Assembly (NCBI GenBank): GCA_964016885.1
Contig: OZ024744.1
Span: forward strand, 80,910,001-80,974,000
Direction of reading: 5' to 3'
Length of the DNA stretch: 64,000 nt
Source of the DNA: Eledone cirrhosa
Lineage: Eukaryota
Part shown: in pieces, positions 51,603 through 64,000 of the stretch
Layout of the letters: every line of letters begins with the position of its first letter
How positions within the stretch are numbered: position 1 is the stretch's first letter
Translations under genes and position numbers: made by a program
The notes under the pieces: model-generated
Seen by the model: the letters and a program-made list of their open reading frames with translations, nothing else
Database searches by the model: none
Told to the model about the DNA's origin: nothing

Positions 51603-52744
51603 TATATACATTCGTATGTATGTGTGTGTATATGATAGGTTTCTGTAGTTTACATCCACCAAATTTCCCTCACAAAGCATTGGTCAACCCAAGGCTAAAG
51701 TAGAAGACACTTAGTCAAAGTACCCACAAAGAGAGTGAACCTGAAACACCTTAACCACAAACCATACAACTCTTTCTGTGCCTTTACATGAATTCCTTAT
51801 TGGACATTTACATTCTAAAATATTTGCATTTGAAAACAAAATGGCTACATATATTTTATCACAAAAACCTCTCACTTACTCAAGTAAATAGATGACAGGA
51901 GTTATGTAGATAAGATAGCTATTTAGCATGAATCAAATTTCAACTTGACAAGTATTCTGATACATAAGACTTCCTTCTAAGGCCGACCTGTTGTTTTATA
52001 ATCTATGTACGTCACCGAGCCTTTGTGCATGTATTCATTACATATATATTAGATAATAAACAAGTGGCAAATTGGCAGAATCATTAACACTCAGATTAAA
52101 TTCTTTAGTAATTTGTTCTGGCTCAATTTGACCCTGTGTTCAAATCCTGTCAAGGTGGTGGTATAGCTTGAGTGTGTGCTGTTCAGTGCAGCCCTTAAGT
52201 TAGTTGCTCCACGAACCACAATAGCATTTACAGGCTTATGCAACAGACCCCAAAAATATTATCCAAGGTGGACTGCCACTCTTGTCCCCAGCTAAATTAC
52301 TGCACTGAGGTCAACATTGCCTTTCATCCTTTTGAGGTTGATAAATAAAGTACCAGTATAGTCCAGTACTGAAATTGATTTTTACCTCTTTCTCCCTTTC
52401 CCTGCCTCTCTATTTCCTTTTCTCTGGAAGAAATCAGTTGTATTCAGACATGGTGAGTATTACACTCCACTTCGTTTATAATACATCAAACCAGCCATGT
52501 ATCAGGATGGAGTCCCAGTGACTCCATCAGGAGTTAAGAGCTCCTATGTACATAAAACAGTATTAATGTTACCAACCATCTATCCAAACAAAGTAGACCT
52601 ATACATTTAACATAACACTTCATTTAGATTATGTTTCAAATATGGTTTAAGTTGAATCAAATTCTATTGCACTGTGAGTACCTTTCTACATCATTTCTAC
52701 ATTATTCAGAGGATGAATAAAAAGTTAGTCATACCTATACCTAG

Positions 52745-52930
52745 ACGTTCACTCTGCCTATTGCATGAGGTATTCTGCTCCACAAAGTTTGATCACCAAC
52801 AGCAGAGTTTAAAGACCAAAGGTCAAGTCCAGTCCATAAGTTGACATTATCAAACCAGCGTTTTGGCTGTCGATGACCTTTGTTTCTCTTATTGGCCAAC
52901 TTTCCTTTGAGGCATAACTTACTCACACCA
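52745..52930 (-). mobile_element. Old RTE-type LINE 3' fragment
   Basis: LKGKLANKRNKGHRQPKRWFDNVNLWTG resembles the GK..G.R.RGR....W motif. Confidence 0.5.
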
Positions 52931-53021
52931 CAAGTTTATCTTTTGATATGACTGTACATTTTAAGTACTCTTGATTTAATAACTGGTGTGATTGGTTTAA
53001 GCTTGGTAAAATATGTACTCT

Positions 53022-53240
53022 TTAACCCATTAGCATTTACATTACCCTCTATTTATTATTGTATTTTCACAGTAAAGGCTATTTCTTACATAACTATCTC
53101 ACATAATATACAATCTACAAGATTTTAATGTTATTTATTTTACTGTAATGATAGTATGAGCAGTGAGTTACAGCCAGTTTGAACAGAAAGAGGTGAGAGA
53201 ATACTGACCGGATACAGCTGGTTTAAATGCTAAAAAGTTA
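53022..53240. mobile_element. piggyBac-type MITE (~215 bp); further copies at 56626-56848 and 62700-62915 (inverted)
   Basis: TTAA|CCC(T/A)TTAGCATT ... AATGCTAA.GGG|TTAA-like termini and shared internal sequence. Confidence 0.78.
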
Positions 53241-54879
53241 AAAGAAGATGTATATTCTTTGACTACTAATTCTTTCACATCTTTTGTTTGTATTCTCATG
53301 AAGGGCCATACTTTTATATGTGATCATATATTCTCTACTTTGAGAAAAAAGGTTATCAGTTGGGCAAAAAGATTTACTTTTAGGGGCAACAGCTCTATTC
53401 AGTTTTTGTAAGAAATTTCTATTTCAGTTCTATACGATTATTTCCCTTATATTTAACCAATTTGTTACTATATTTCTAATGAAAGACATTGCCTATGATT
53501 TTCAAATAATCAAGAATTTAGAGAGATTTAATATATGACTAACTTCCTTTGTTTTCCTGAGGGTTAGCCACTAGATCTGTGAGTAACATAAATGTTGCTG
53601 TGGTTCCATTGTGAACTCTTTCGACTTTCAGCTACCAAAAGATGGCAGAAGGACTGATGGCATACTGATCTTCCTGTTCTGTTGTGGTAAACCCCTCATC
53701 TTAGACTCTACAAGTAATAACACTTTCTCCAGCAGCAGTCTGATGTGGCTAAAAAGTTTGTAGATTGACCAAGACACTCTCATGAAATGACCAAATGAGG
53801 TTTATTTTTCAAAATAGTCCCTAAAAAGAAGCAATGCAGTTATTAATAAGAAAATTTGAAATTTATGCATGCAAGATTTCACAGCTCTAGCATCACTCCT
53901 TCATATGAATTTTTCAGCCTACCCTGAGAGACTCAGGCTTCATTGCTTGACGAGCCAAAGATCATAAGTTGTAGAAGTACTGGCCACTCTCCAATAGGTT
54001 TATTGTCAATCTTATATCAGTGGAGACTTTTGACATTCTTGAGTCCTGTACCACCTCATTATACACATCTTGAAGAGCAGTTGGCCACCCACAGGAGTGA
54101 CCCCCATTCTCCATTCTATTTTTTGCTGGAACCACATGGTGGCCAGTGCCTGGGGTCCTTCGTGCCAGAGAGTGTTCCCTCCACCATCAATACTATCTAG
54201 GCCTGTATCCTTGAGGTAGCAATGTTTAAGCACAATTTGGGGATTTAATTCGTAAAGAGCTTAATTCATATAATTGTTTCTGCATTTGGCATAAAAGCTA
54301 GCAATTTGAAGGTAAGGGGGAAGTTGATTGAATCGACCCCAATGCATTACTAATAACTTTATTTAAAAAGCCCTAGTGCATTACTGACCCCGTAAGGATG
54401 AAAGGCAAAGCTAACCTCAGCAGGATTAGAACTCAGAAAGTAAAGGGCTGTAGAACATGTTGTCCAACACTCTATCGATACTGTCATTCCTTTTAAATGA
54501 TAGTAACATATGAATACTAACTTTTTTATTATTAAGCTGCTGTTTGGAACATAACTTAAAGAAGCTTCTTACTTAAAATTATGATGGAATGTTTTTGTAA
54601 CATAGAGCCAAGAAGTTTGATATCATAAGGAATAACAAGATTAAAATATTTCATCTTGTTGTCTCATATCTGTTTGCTTATTTTTTAATGAGCTTGTCAA
54701 TGTCATGGAAGCTAGCAAATTAGTAGAGTCATTAGAACGTCAGGAAGAATGCTTTGCAGTATTCACTCTTGTTCAAAACACACAAAAGTCAACCTTTCCT
54801 TTCATCCTTTCAAGGTCAATAAATAAAACACCAGTCCAGTACTGGGCTTGATTCATCATCATTATCTTCACCATTTAGA

Positions 54880-55066
54880 CGGTAGATTGGCAGTATCGGT
54901 AGAGGGTCGGACGCCATGCTTTCCAGCATAGTTACGTCCCTTTACGATCTGAGTTCAAATCCCGCCGAGGTTAACTTAGCCTTTCATGCTTACGGGGTCG
55001 ATAAAATAAAGTACCAGTAATGCACTGGGTAATTGCTGGCCTTGTGCCTAAAGTAGAAACAATTAT
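54880..55066 (+). mobile_element. tRNA-derived SINE, young copy (older copies at ~54270-54490(-) and ~54710-54850(+))
   Basis: Near-identical to 5101-5290. Confidence 0.88.
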
Positions 55067-55179
55067 CTTCACCATTTTAATGTCTAATTTTTCCACTCTA
55101 GCATAGGTTAGATGGGTTGTTACGTTATGAGACAAGTCATATCAGGTGACCATATCTTGCTCTTACAGAACTGTATCAG

Positions 55180-55580
55180 GCTTGGTTTCTATGGCTGGAT
55201 GCCCTTCCTAACACTAAACACATTTACAGCATGGACTGGGTACTTTTTATTGTAGCATCAAAATGACCATCTAACAGAGTGGACTGGGTGTTTTGTCATG
55301 TCATCAGCACAACCATCATTCCAATGTGAACTGGGTGCTTTTTTTCTCATGTAATCAGCAGGAGTACCATTACAGGGTGAACTGGATGCTTTTGTCATGT
55401 CAAAAGCATGACCAGCATGACCACCATTACAATGTGAACTGGGTACTTTTTGTCATGTCAAAAGCATGATCACCATTACAGGGTGGACTGGGTGCATTTT
55501 GCCATGTCAAAAGTATGATCATCATTACAGGGTGGACTGGGTGCTTTTTTGTCGTATCACCAGCACAACCACCTTACAGT
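55180..55580 (+). repeat. Tandem ~55-60 bp units (ACCATTACAG.GTGGACTGGGTGCTTTT..TCATGTCA) related to the RTE 3' UTR repeat at 39987-40230
   Basis: About six diverged units; head GGCTGGATGCCCTTCCTAAC shared with 40120, 49370(-) and 58865(-). Confidence 0.7.
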
Positions 55581-57206
55581 TTCTTCTCTATCACTCACTC
55601 TTTCTCTCTCTCCTTTTCTGGAAGAAATTGACTATGTTCAAATATGGGGAGGGATGGGTTCCACCAGGTTTAAAATGGTCAAGAAACACTGTATCCCATT
55701 ACAGCCCCCTTGTGACTCTAGAGGCACATTACAATACAATACAAAAGAAAAAAAACATCATGTAAGGTTTACATATAAAAATTCAAGTTTCAAGGACAAT
55801 TTGTGAAGCCAATAAACCCTCCTTAACTTCTTTATTTTTTATATGTGATTGTCAAACTTTACATTGGTTCTGTTGTATTGTTCTAACGGTTTCATTACCA
55901 TATTCAGTACCATAAGATAGCTTTACTTGTATTTAACCAGTTCATTACTATATTTCTAATGAAAGACACTACCTATAATTTAGAAACTATGCCAAACTGG
56001 AACATATAAGCAAGACATGGTCATCTCACCTGTCTAGTCATCTGCATAACCCATACCAACATAGAATACAGATTTAAAACAGTGATGATGATGGTGATGG
56101 TGATTTTATCTTAAACCATATTTCTAATGAAAGACATGTAGCAGAGTTATTTTCATGGCGTGTAACAATAATCTATCCATGGGTGATTTGGTTACTGTAG
56201 ACCAATCGTAAGTTACGCATGGATATTAACTATTTCCGCCCACACAAAGATTTGCCCACTTCTTTTGTTTTTCACTTAAAAGAGTTGCAGCTTTGACATC
56301 AAAAGGTAAACATACATTTTTCATTGCCGTGTCCACACCAAGCGCAAAATGTAACGGTAAAACACAACTTCAGCCGGACTGGCCACACGTCGGTTAGCGA
56401 CCGTGCATTCTTTCCATATAACATTTAATTTGTTTGTTCTTTTTGTTTGGCATGCCAGCACAACTTTTGTAATGATATTCCAGTTGTAAATAAATCATAT
56501 AAAAAGTCATAAAGTCTTATGGTGCTTTTACAACTGCCACCGCCTTGGATGTGATATGGGGAAAATACTTTTCCCAAGGTTCTTATTACTACAACAGCAA
56601 ATTCTCTTCTTTCGTGGCTACAACCTTAACCCTTTAGCATTCACATTATTTTATATATACTATTATATTTTAATGGTCTTTACCTCGCATAATTATCTCA
56701 CATAATATCGAATTTATGAGATTTTGAAAGTATTTATTTTGAGAACAATACATTAACATCAGTTTGAACTACCAGTTACAGCGAGTTTCAACAGAAAGAG
56801 GTAGAGAATTCTGGCCAGTTTTGGCCTGTTTGAACATTAAAGGGTTAAAACTGAATAACAACTAACTTCAACTTCTACGTTACATTCATCTTTACTACAA
56901 ACAACATTCAATTTCGGTTAACATTGCCTCACACATAACAAAATGTTACATTTCTTGGTACTTCAATTCCTCGGACAACATGCTTTGTGGCATATACTTA
57001 TGTATCTTTATGTTCTGAGTTGATATCCCACTGAAGTTAGCTTTGTCTTTTATCCTTACAGGGTCAATAAAATAAAGCACCAGTAATGCAGTAATCCTAA
57101 ACAACAATCTCGACTATCAGGTCATGTACGAATGATACTGTTAGTTGATTCTTTGGCATTTTTGATTGCTGAGTTTTGTGAATAATTCTATTGATTTGTC
57201 CATTGC

Positions 57207-57590
57207 AATAATTGTTTCTACTTTTGGCACAAGGCCAGCAATTAGCCAGTACATTACTGGTACTTTATTTTATCGACCCCGTAAGGATGAAAGGCAAAGT
57301 TAACCACAACGGGATTTGAACTCAGACCGTAAAGGGACATAACTATGCTAGAAAGCATGGCACACAACCCTCTACCAATACTGCCAATTCACCAGCAATA
57401 ATTGTTTCTACTTTTGGCACAAGGCCAGCAATTACCCAGTACATTGCTGGTACTTTATTTTATCGACCCCATAAGGATGAAAGGCAAAGTTGACCTCAGC
57501 AGGAATTGCATTCAGACAGTAAAGGGCCGTAACTCTATGCTGCAAACCATGGTGTCCGACCTTCTACCGATACTGCCAATCCACCGCCAT
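57207..57590 (-). mobile_element. Two SINE copies in direct tandem (57207-57394, 57395-57590)
   Basis: Each starts on + with GCAATAATTGTTTCTACTTTTGGCACAAGG. Confidence 0.88.
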
Positions 57591-58505
57591 TCACCGGCAA
57601 TAATGGTAGTAAACAAGCAGCTCTGTTAACAAAGTATGTGTTGAATCTATTCCCACCATATATTGTGAGCATGCTTCTATCCTTAATTTCTTCAAAATAA
57701 TGAGTGAATTCAATAATAAAGCATCCAGCTTCCACCTCAGCTTCAGATCCAAATGTCAGAAATGCTGTCCTTATAGTTAAAAACATGTAGCTAGCCGATT
57801 CCTTTCTTTTACCAGAGCAAATGCTTTTCTCTTCCAATCTTTCATTCCATGTAACTCAATGGATTCCAAATTCTACTATGCTACTTCAGTGTATTTTTGT
57901 AGGTTAAGAACCACATAATTCTGACAGTATACACCATTAACTACAGTCATGTTTTTTTTTGCTTAGTTTGTCTCAGTTATTTTGGCTTTTTTAAATACTT
58001 TTTGGAGTGATGTTTTCAAGAAGTGGATCAAATTTCTTGTTTACAATGCCACCATTAGTCATTGTATTCTTGATTTTCAACAGCATTTGATGATTTATTT
58101 TCTCATTTGCAGATAAACCATCAATTGTAAATAATTGTTCCATTGCACTTGTAGTCACTTAAAGAAGGATTTCGGAATTTAATTTAATTTCGATATAAAT
58201 ACTTTTAAATGAACAGTTATGCATCATAAAATCATAAACCCAGGTTAGTTTCATATGGGTTGTTAGTATAAAAAAGATTAAGCAAGTTTTGCAGTCAAAA
58301 CAAGCTACAAGGGAAACAATAGACCTGGGCAATATTGACCACATGTAGGCAATTTCAACTGTTGGTGGGTGATGAGTAATTGAACAGAAAATGGTGGGCT
58401 GTTGGAAATTTTGGTGGGTGATATAAGATTTTGAGAATTAAGAAGGTATTTCAACATATGCTACCCCCCCAAAAATATTCAAAGGAGATATACAAAGAAT
58501 ATATA

Positions 58506-58852
58506 CAGTGTATCCCCAGAATTCGTGGTCCTGACATTTGTGGTCCTGATTATTTGTGGAATTTTCCTTATAGAACTTAACTAATAATTAACCATGGAAA
58601 CCACCATATATTCGTGGAATCATAAATATATACTGCGATTTTTTTATGGCTTTTTTTGTGCCAATATATATTTTTTCCTGCTTTTTTTAACGCTAAATTA
58701 TTAATAACAATATACCATATTTTCCAGCCTATATTTTACATTATGTTTTAACGTTTATAGGCATTTTTATGGACCTCATCCAATATTCGTGGTTTTTTAC
58801 TCTTCATGGGTGCTCCAGGAATGTAACCCACATGAATACCTGGGGACAACTG
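58506..58852. mobile_element. Tigger/pogo-like MITE
   Basis: TA|CAGTGTATCCCCAG ... CTGGGGACAACTG|TA with internal TTCGTGG repeats. Confidence 0.7.
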
Positions 58853-59274
58853 TATATATATCGTGTTAGGAAGGACATCCAGTCGTAGAAACCTAACCAG
58901 AAACAGCTCTATATGTGCAATACACGATTTACTGACCCAACTTGTTTCTAATGGGACAACCCATCTAGCCCATGCTAGCATGGAAAATGGACTTTAAATG
59001 ATGATGATGATGACAATGATATATATATACATAGATATAATAGGAAGCTAAATGGGAATAACAAACCAGTAACAAACTTTTACCAAACACTTTTGGTATT
59101 CTTTTAAATATATACTATACTGCATGAACAGCAATAACACTAACCATGTTAGGGCTCTGCACGGTAGTGGGGTGGCTAGTGCAGCCATGTGCGAGAACCC
59201 CCCGACCATCATCAAGCAATTGCATAACATGATTATAAACAATTTTTCTTTGCAGAAAAGGAAGAAATTTCAAT

Positions 59275-62200
59275 GAAAGACAACGCATCTCAGGGTTGCC
59301 ACACTTAATGTTGGCACTCTAACAGGTAGATCTGGTGAGATAGTGGAGATTCTAGAGAGAAGACATGTGGATGTTTGCTGTGTGCAAGAGGTGAGATGGA
59401 GAGGTGCCTCAGCAAGACCAATCACAGGCAAACAGCTTAGCTATAAGCTTTTCTGGGTAGGTAATGATTATAGGTTAGATGGGGTAGGCATTTTACTGGC
59501 TAAGAGGTGGATCAATAAAACAATAAAGGTAGTTAGAGTTAATAATAGAATAATTAAAATTAGATTAGTTGTAGGCAAGAGACTGCTGACAATCATCTCT
59601 ACCTATGTTCCCCAGGCGGGCCTAGGTAAAGAAGAGAAAGACTGCTTTTACAAACAGCTTCCAGAAACAATCACAATGACAGCGGACAGAGACCTAGTTA
59701 TACTAGCAGGGGACTTCAAAGATCATGTTGGACAGCTCCAGGATGGATTCACTGGAGTGGTGGGCATGGTTATGACTCAAGAAATGAAGAAGGAGTGAAA
59801 TTTCTTAAATTTTGTGATGTAAGTGAACTAACCATTTGCAATACTAACTTCAAGAAACCTACCAACCACCTAATAACCTACAAATCAGGCGAGCACATAA
59901 GCCAGATTGACTTCTTGCTAGTTAGGCAACGAGACAGACAGATGGTGTCAAATACTAAGGCATACCCCAGGGAAGAATGTACCCCACAGTATAGGCTAGT
60001 CGTTGGTGATATCTCAGTAAGCAAGAGACGAAAAGAGATATACAGGAAGATGTGGAAAAGGAAGGTCTGGAAACTAAAAGACCTTTCACTAAAATATAAA
60101 TTTAGGAAAGACCTTCAAGATGTGTATGACGAAAAAGAAGACGAGTTAGAATTGTATGACATAGATGATAACGGGAATTTCTTACGTGACAACTTACTAG
60201 AGGCTACTGAAAAAACTTGTGGCTGGAGCAGAGCTCCAACCAGACAGAGGGTGACCTGGTGGTGGAACAGCATGGTAGATAGGGCCATTAAAGACAAAAG
60301 ACTAGCATGGAAGGCTTGGTAAAATGGTGGGAGTAGAGACTGATACACAGCTGCTAAAAGAGAAGCTAGATGTCAGGTGTACTTAGCACACAGGGAGGCT
60401 GAGAGTAGGAGGTTTGCCAATGTTCTGCGATGAGAAGATCAGAGATGTGCAGTGTTCCGCATTGCAAGGCAGTGTGTCAATGTAAATCAGGATGTTGTTG
60501 GAGATAAGTGTGTCCGAAATGATGCTGGTGTACTTAGTGTCACTGATGATCAGAAAAAAGAGGCCTGGAAATGTCATTATGAGAGACTGATGAATGTGTA
60601 GAACGAACGGGAGAGAGAGAAACTACCCCCAGTTGACCCGACAGAGGGACCAGCTATTGAGATTGATGATGATAGGGTCAAAGAGGAAATTAAGGAAATG
60701 AAAAGTGGTAAGGCTGCTGAGATGCTGAAGGCATCAGGAGAAGTAGGAGCTAAACTGGCTGCACGCATCGTCAATCAATATGGTGGAGTCATACCCAAAG
60801 ACTGGTGTAGCAGTATTCTTATAAATTGCCACAAAGGTAAAGGGGTTGCTCTGGAGAGGAGAAATTATAGGGGCATAAAACTGATGGATCAGGTTATGAA
60901 AGTGGAAGAGAGAATACTAGCACAGCTAATTAGAGAAATGGTCAAATTAGATGAGATGCAGTTTGGTTTTGTGCCTGGGAAAAGTACAACAGATGCCCTC
61001 TTCTTAGTGAAACAACTACAAGAGAGGTTCATAGAGAAGAATAAGCCACTATACTTATCTTTTGTTGACCTAGAGAAGGCCTTTGATAGAGTACCCCGAT
61101 CTGTCATCTAGTGGTCCCTAAGGAAACTAGGTGTAGAGGAATGGCTTGTGAGGACAGTGCAAGCTATGTACAGTGGTGCTGTCAGTAAAGTGAGAGTAGG
61201 TATGAAGTTTAGTGAGGAATTCCAGATACAAGTAGGAAAACATCACAGTTTGGTCCTCAGCCTGCTCTTGTTTATTATAGTCCTCCAAGCCATAACAGAG
61301 GAGTTTAAGACTAGCTGTCCATGGGAACTTCTCTATGCTGACGATCTAGTTCTTATAGCAGAATCAGTAGAGGAGCTAGAGAATAAATTCTGGCTATGGA
61401 AACAACAGTTGGAATCAAGAGGACTGAGAGTGAACCTAGCTAAGACAAAGGTGTTGATGAGTAGAAAAGAGGACAAAACTCTGATTCCATCAGGGAAATG
61501 GCTATGTTTGATATGTAGAAAAGGAACTGGCATAAATTCTATAAAATGTACACAATGCAGATCTTGGGTACACAAGAGATGTAGTGGGATAGCAGGCAAA
61601 CTAACAGGTAGAGAATACTACATATGCAGTTAATGTACAGGGAAATTTTACAGTAGAAGTCACAGTGATAGACACATTTTTCAAATTCAGGTAGGATCTC
61701 TATAGATCAGATTAGCAAGGGAGAGGGGTGCTCCGAGACCATAGTATCTAGAATAAGGACAGGTTGGAAGAAGTTTAGGGAGCTGCTTCCTCTGTTGACA
61801 AAGAAGGGTTTCTTCCTGCAAACTAAAGGCCAGTTATATGATGCTTGTGTGAGATGCGCGATGCTGCATGGTAGTGAGACATGGGCAGCAACTGCAGAGG
61901 ATATGCGACGGTTGGAGAGAAATGAAGCAAGGATGCTCCAATCGATGTGCAATGTCAATGTGCGTGAACGACCATGCATGGATGAGTTGAGAGAGAAACT
62001 ATGTATAAGAGGAATAGGTTGTAGTGTGTGGGAGAGAAGACTGCGATGGTATGGACATGTGATGCGCATGGAGGATAACCCCTGGGTAAAGAAATCCCAG
62101 TAGAGGGAAGACCAGAAAAAACATGGGCGGAGTTGGTGAGAGCTGACCTCAGATCGCTGAAGCTCACGGCGGAGATGACGAAGAACCGTGACAAGTGGAG

Positions 62201-62275
62201 AGATGCTGTGCTGAATAGGACCCATCCTATCCTTGCAAGCAGGGAAAAGCGGACGTAAAATGATGATGATGATGA
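59275..62275 (+). mobile_element. Near-full-length degenerate RTE LINE (APE plus RT, multiple stops and frameshifts), (ATG)n tail
   Basis: TLNVGTL, CVQEVRWRG, AGDF, QIDF, FVDLEKAFDRV, LLYADD, LRWYGHVMRM. Confidence 0.93.
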
Positions 62276-62348
62276 CTGGTGGGCGGTGGAAAAAAACATT
62301 CCCATGTGAAAGTGGGTGATGAGGCAAAATAGGTTGGGAACCTCTGCG

Positions 62349-62529
62349 ATAGACAATAGTAATAGTCCTGTCAGGATGCAGACTGATGGGATATCTAAAA
62401 AGTAGTGTATGGGGCTATGTTGGCTAGAACTAATACCATAAGTTCTCATATTGGTTCTAGCCAACATAGCACTTACGTTTTAGATGTTCTGTTAACCTGC
62501 ATCCTGACAAGACTATTACTATTGTCTAT
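62349..62529. repeat. Long imperfect hairpin or MITE-like fold-back
   Basis: Outer arms ATAGACAATAGTAATAGTC.TGTCAGGATGCAG; inner arms GCTATGTTGGCTAGAAC. Confidence 0.75.
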
Positions 62530-62914
62530 TGTTTCCTTTGTGGCTTGTTTTGACTGAAAAACTTGCTTCAGCTTTCTAATACTAACCCACATGAAACCAT
62601 TCTGGATTTATGATATAAAATTATTTCTTTTAAAGTGTTCATATCTAAATTAAAACCTACCATCATAATATTTTGTTTTGTAATGTTACATACATCAGCT
62701 TAACCCTTTAGCATTTAAACCAGCCTTATCCGGCCAGATTTCTTTCACCTCTTTCTGTTTAAACCAGCCATAACCAGTTGCTCATACTTATGTTAAGGTA
62801 TTCTTCTCAAAATAAATAATATAAAAATCTCATAGATTCGATATTATGTGAAATAAAGTGTTTACCGTGAAAATAAAATAGTAAATATAGAGTAATGTAA
62901 ATGCTAACGGGTTA

Positions 62915-63356
62915 ATAATGATTTTTAATTTAGGCACAAGACCAGAGAGGAAGGGGAAAAGTGAATTATATTGACTCAGTACTTGACTGGTACTTTATTT
63001 TACTAACCCCCAGAAGGATGAAAGGCAAAGTTGACCGTGGCTGAATTTGAACTCAGACTGTAAGTTGTAACTAAATACTAAAAAGAATTTTGTTCGATGC
63101 ACTGTTGATTCTGCCAATCCTCTAACCTTACACATCAGCTTAATAATGATTTCTAGTAGAGGCACAAGGCCAGTAATTTGGGGGCAGGGGAAAGTCGATT
63201 AAATTGACCCCAGTACATTACTGGTGCTTTATTTTATTGTAAGGATAAAACGCAAAGTTAATCTCAGTGGGATTTGAACTCAGACCATAAAGGGCTGTAA
63301 CTCTATGCCGCAAAGCATGGTGTCCGACACTCTACCAATACTGCCAATCCACTGCC
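62915..63356 (-). mobile_element. Two older SINE copies (~62915-63120, ~63142-63356)
   Basis: Core AAGGATGAAAGGCAAAGTT...ATTTGAACTCAGA and head CTGCCAATCC. Confidence 0.75.
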
Positions 63357-63394
63357 CTCATACGCATCAGCTTAATAATGAAAAAGCAGTTATA

Positions 63395-63471
63395 CAGGGT
63401 ACGACAGAAAATCCTCCTATCGTTTACACAGTCAACCCTTAAAATATGGGAGGTATTTCTGCCGCACCTTG
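63395..63471. mobile_element. Tiny mariner-type MITE (77 bp)
   Basis: TA|CAGGGTACGACAGAAAATCCTCC ... GGAGGTATTTCTGCCGCACCTTG. Confidence 0.6.
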
Positions 63472-64000
63472 CATTACTAAATTCCTTTAAATGTTTCATA
63501 ATAGACTACTGACTACATTGTGTGTTAGTTGTTCTATAATATAAAAAAATAGTAGGATAGTAATATTTTCTCTGTGTGCTCATGTGTGCATGTGTGTGTG
63601 TGCGTGTGTGTGCGCGTGTGTGTGTGCGTGTGTGTGTGTGATCTGTATATACCACTCACTGTTCAAGAGTCTATTCACCTCATGGTCCTGGCCAACAGGA
63701 TGGAGAAGACATTACCCCAGAGGATGACTAGGGAAGTGTGCTGGAACAGCCACTCCACCTCGTGGGGCTTGCACTTGTTGGTAGGCAACTCCACCACAAT
63801 AGCAGTGAGAAGGGATGTGGTCTGAGGGGAGGAGTGGGGGCCAAGAATGCCGGAGGTCTTCACTGCTACAAACCTATCAGAGAAGCCGATACTTGTTTTC
63901 AGAATAAATCGAAACACATGGGTTATGTATTTGAGGAAAATGTGAGAAATGTGATAAATCTGTTAAATGCTATATATCAAATGCAGACAGGCTTGTGTTG

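Overview
Eukaryotic, AT-rich, repeat-saturated DNA with no recognisable host gene. The repeat spectrum (tRNA-derived SINEs with a Meta/MESC-like core, RTE LINEs with (ATG)n tails, abundant (TA)n) suggests a mollusc, probably a cephalopod; this is an inference. 2.5-37.8 kb is dominated by two oppositely oriented clusters of a Tx1-clade (L1 group) non-LTR retrotransposon. There are four near-full-length copies plus two fragments, stacked head-to-tail and joined through (TTA)n tracts, with SINEs nested at the same tracts. ORF1 of the three youngest copies is split by the same +1 frame break at a C8 run. The rest holds RTE, CR1, hAT and Penelope-like (PLE, GIY-YIG) remnants, MITEs and microsatellites. 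The most unusual signal is a set of (TA)n-associated fold-back inverted repeats at 46-52 kb. Five of them have a complete or partial minimal hammerhead ribozyme at the apex, suggesting a ribozyme-linked snap-back step in PLE retrotransposition.
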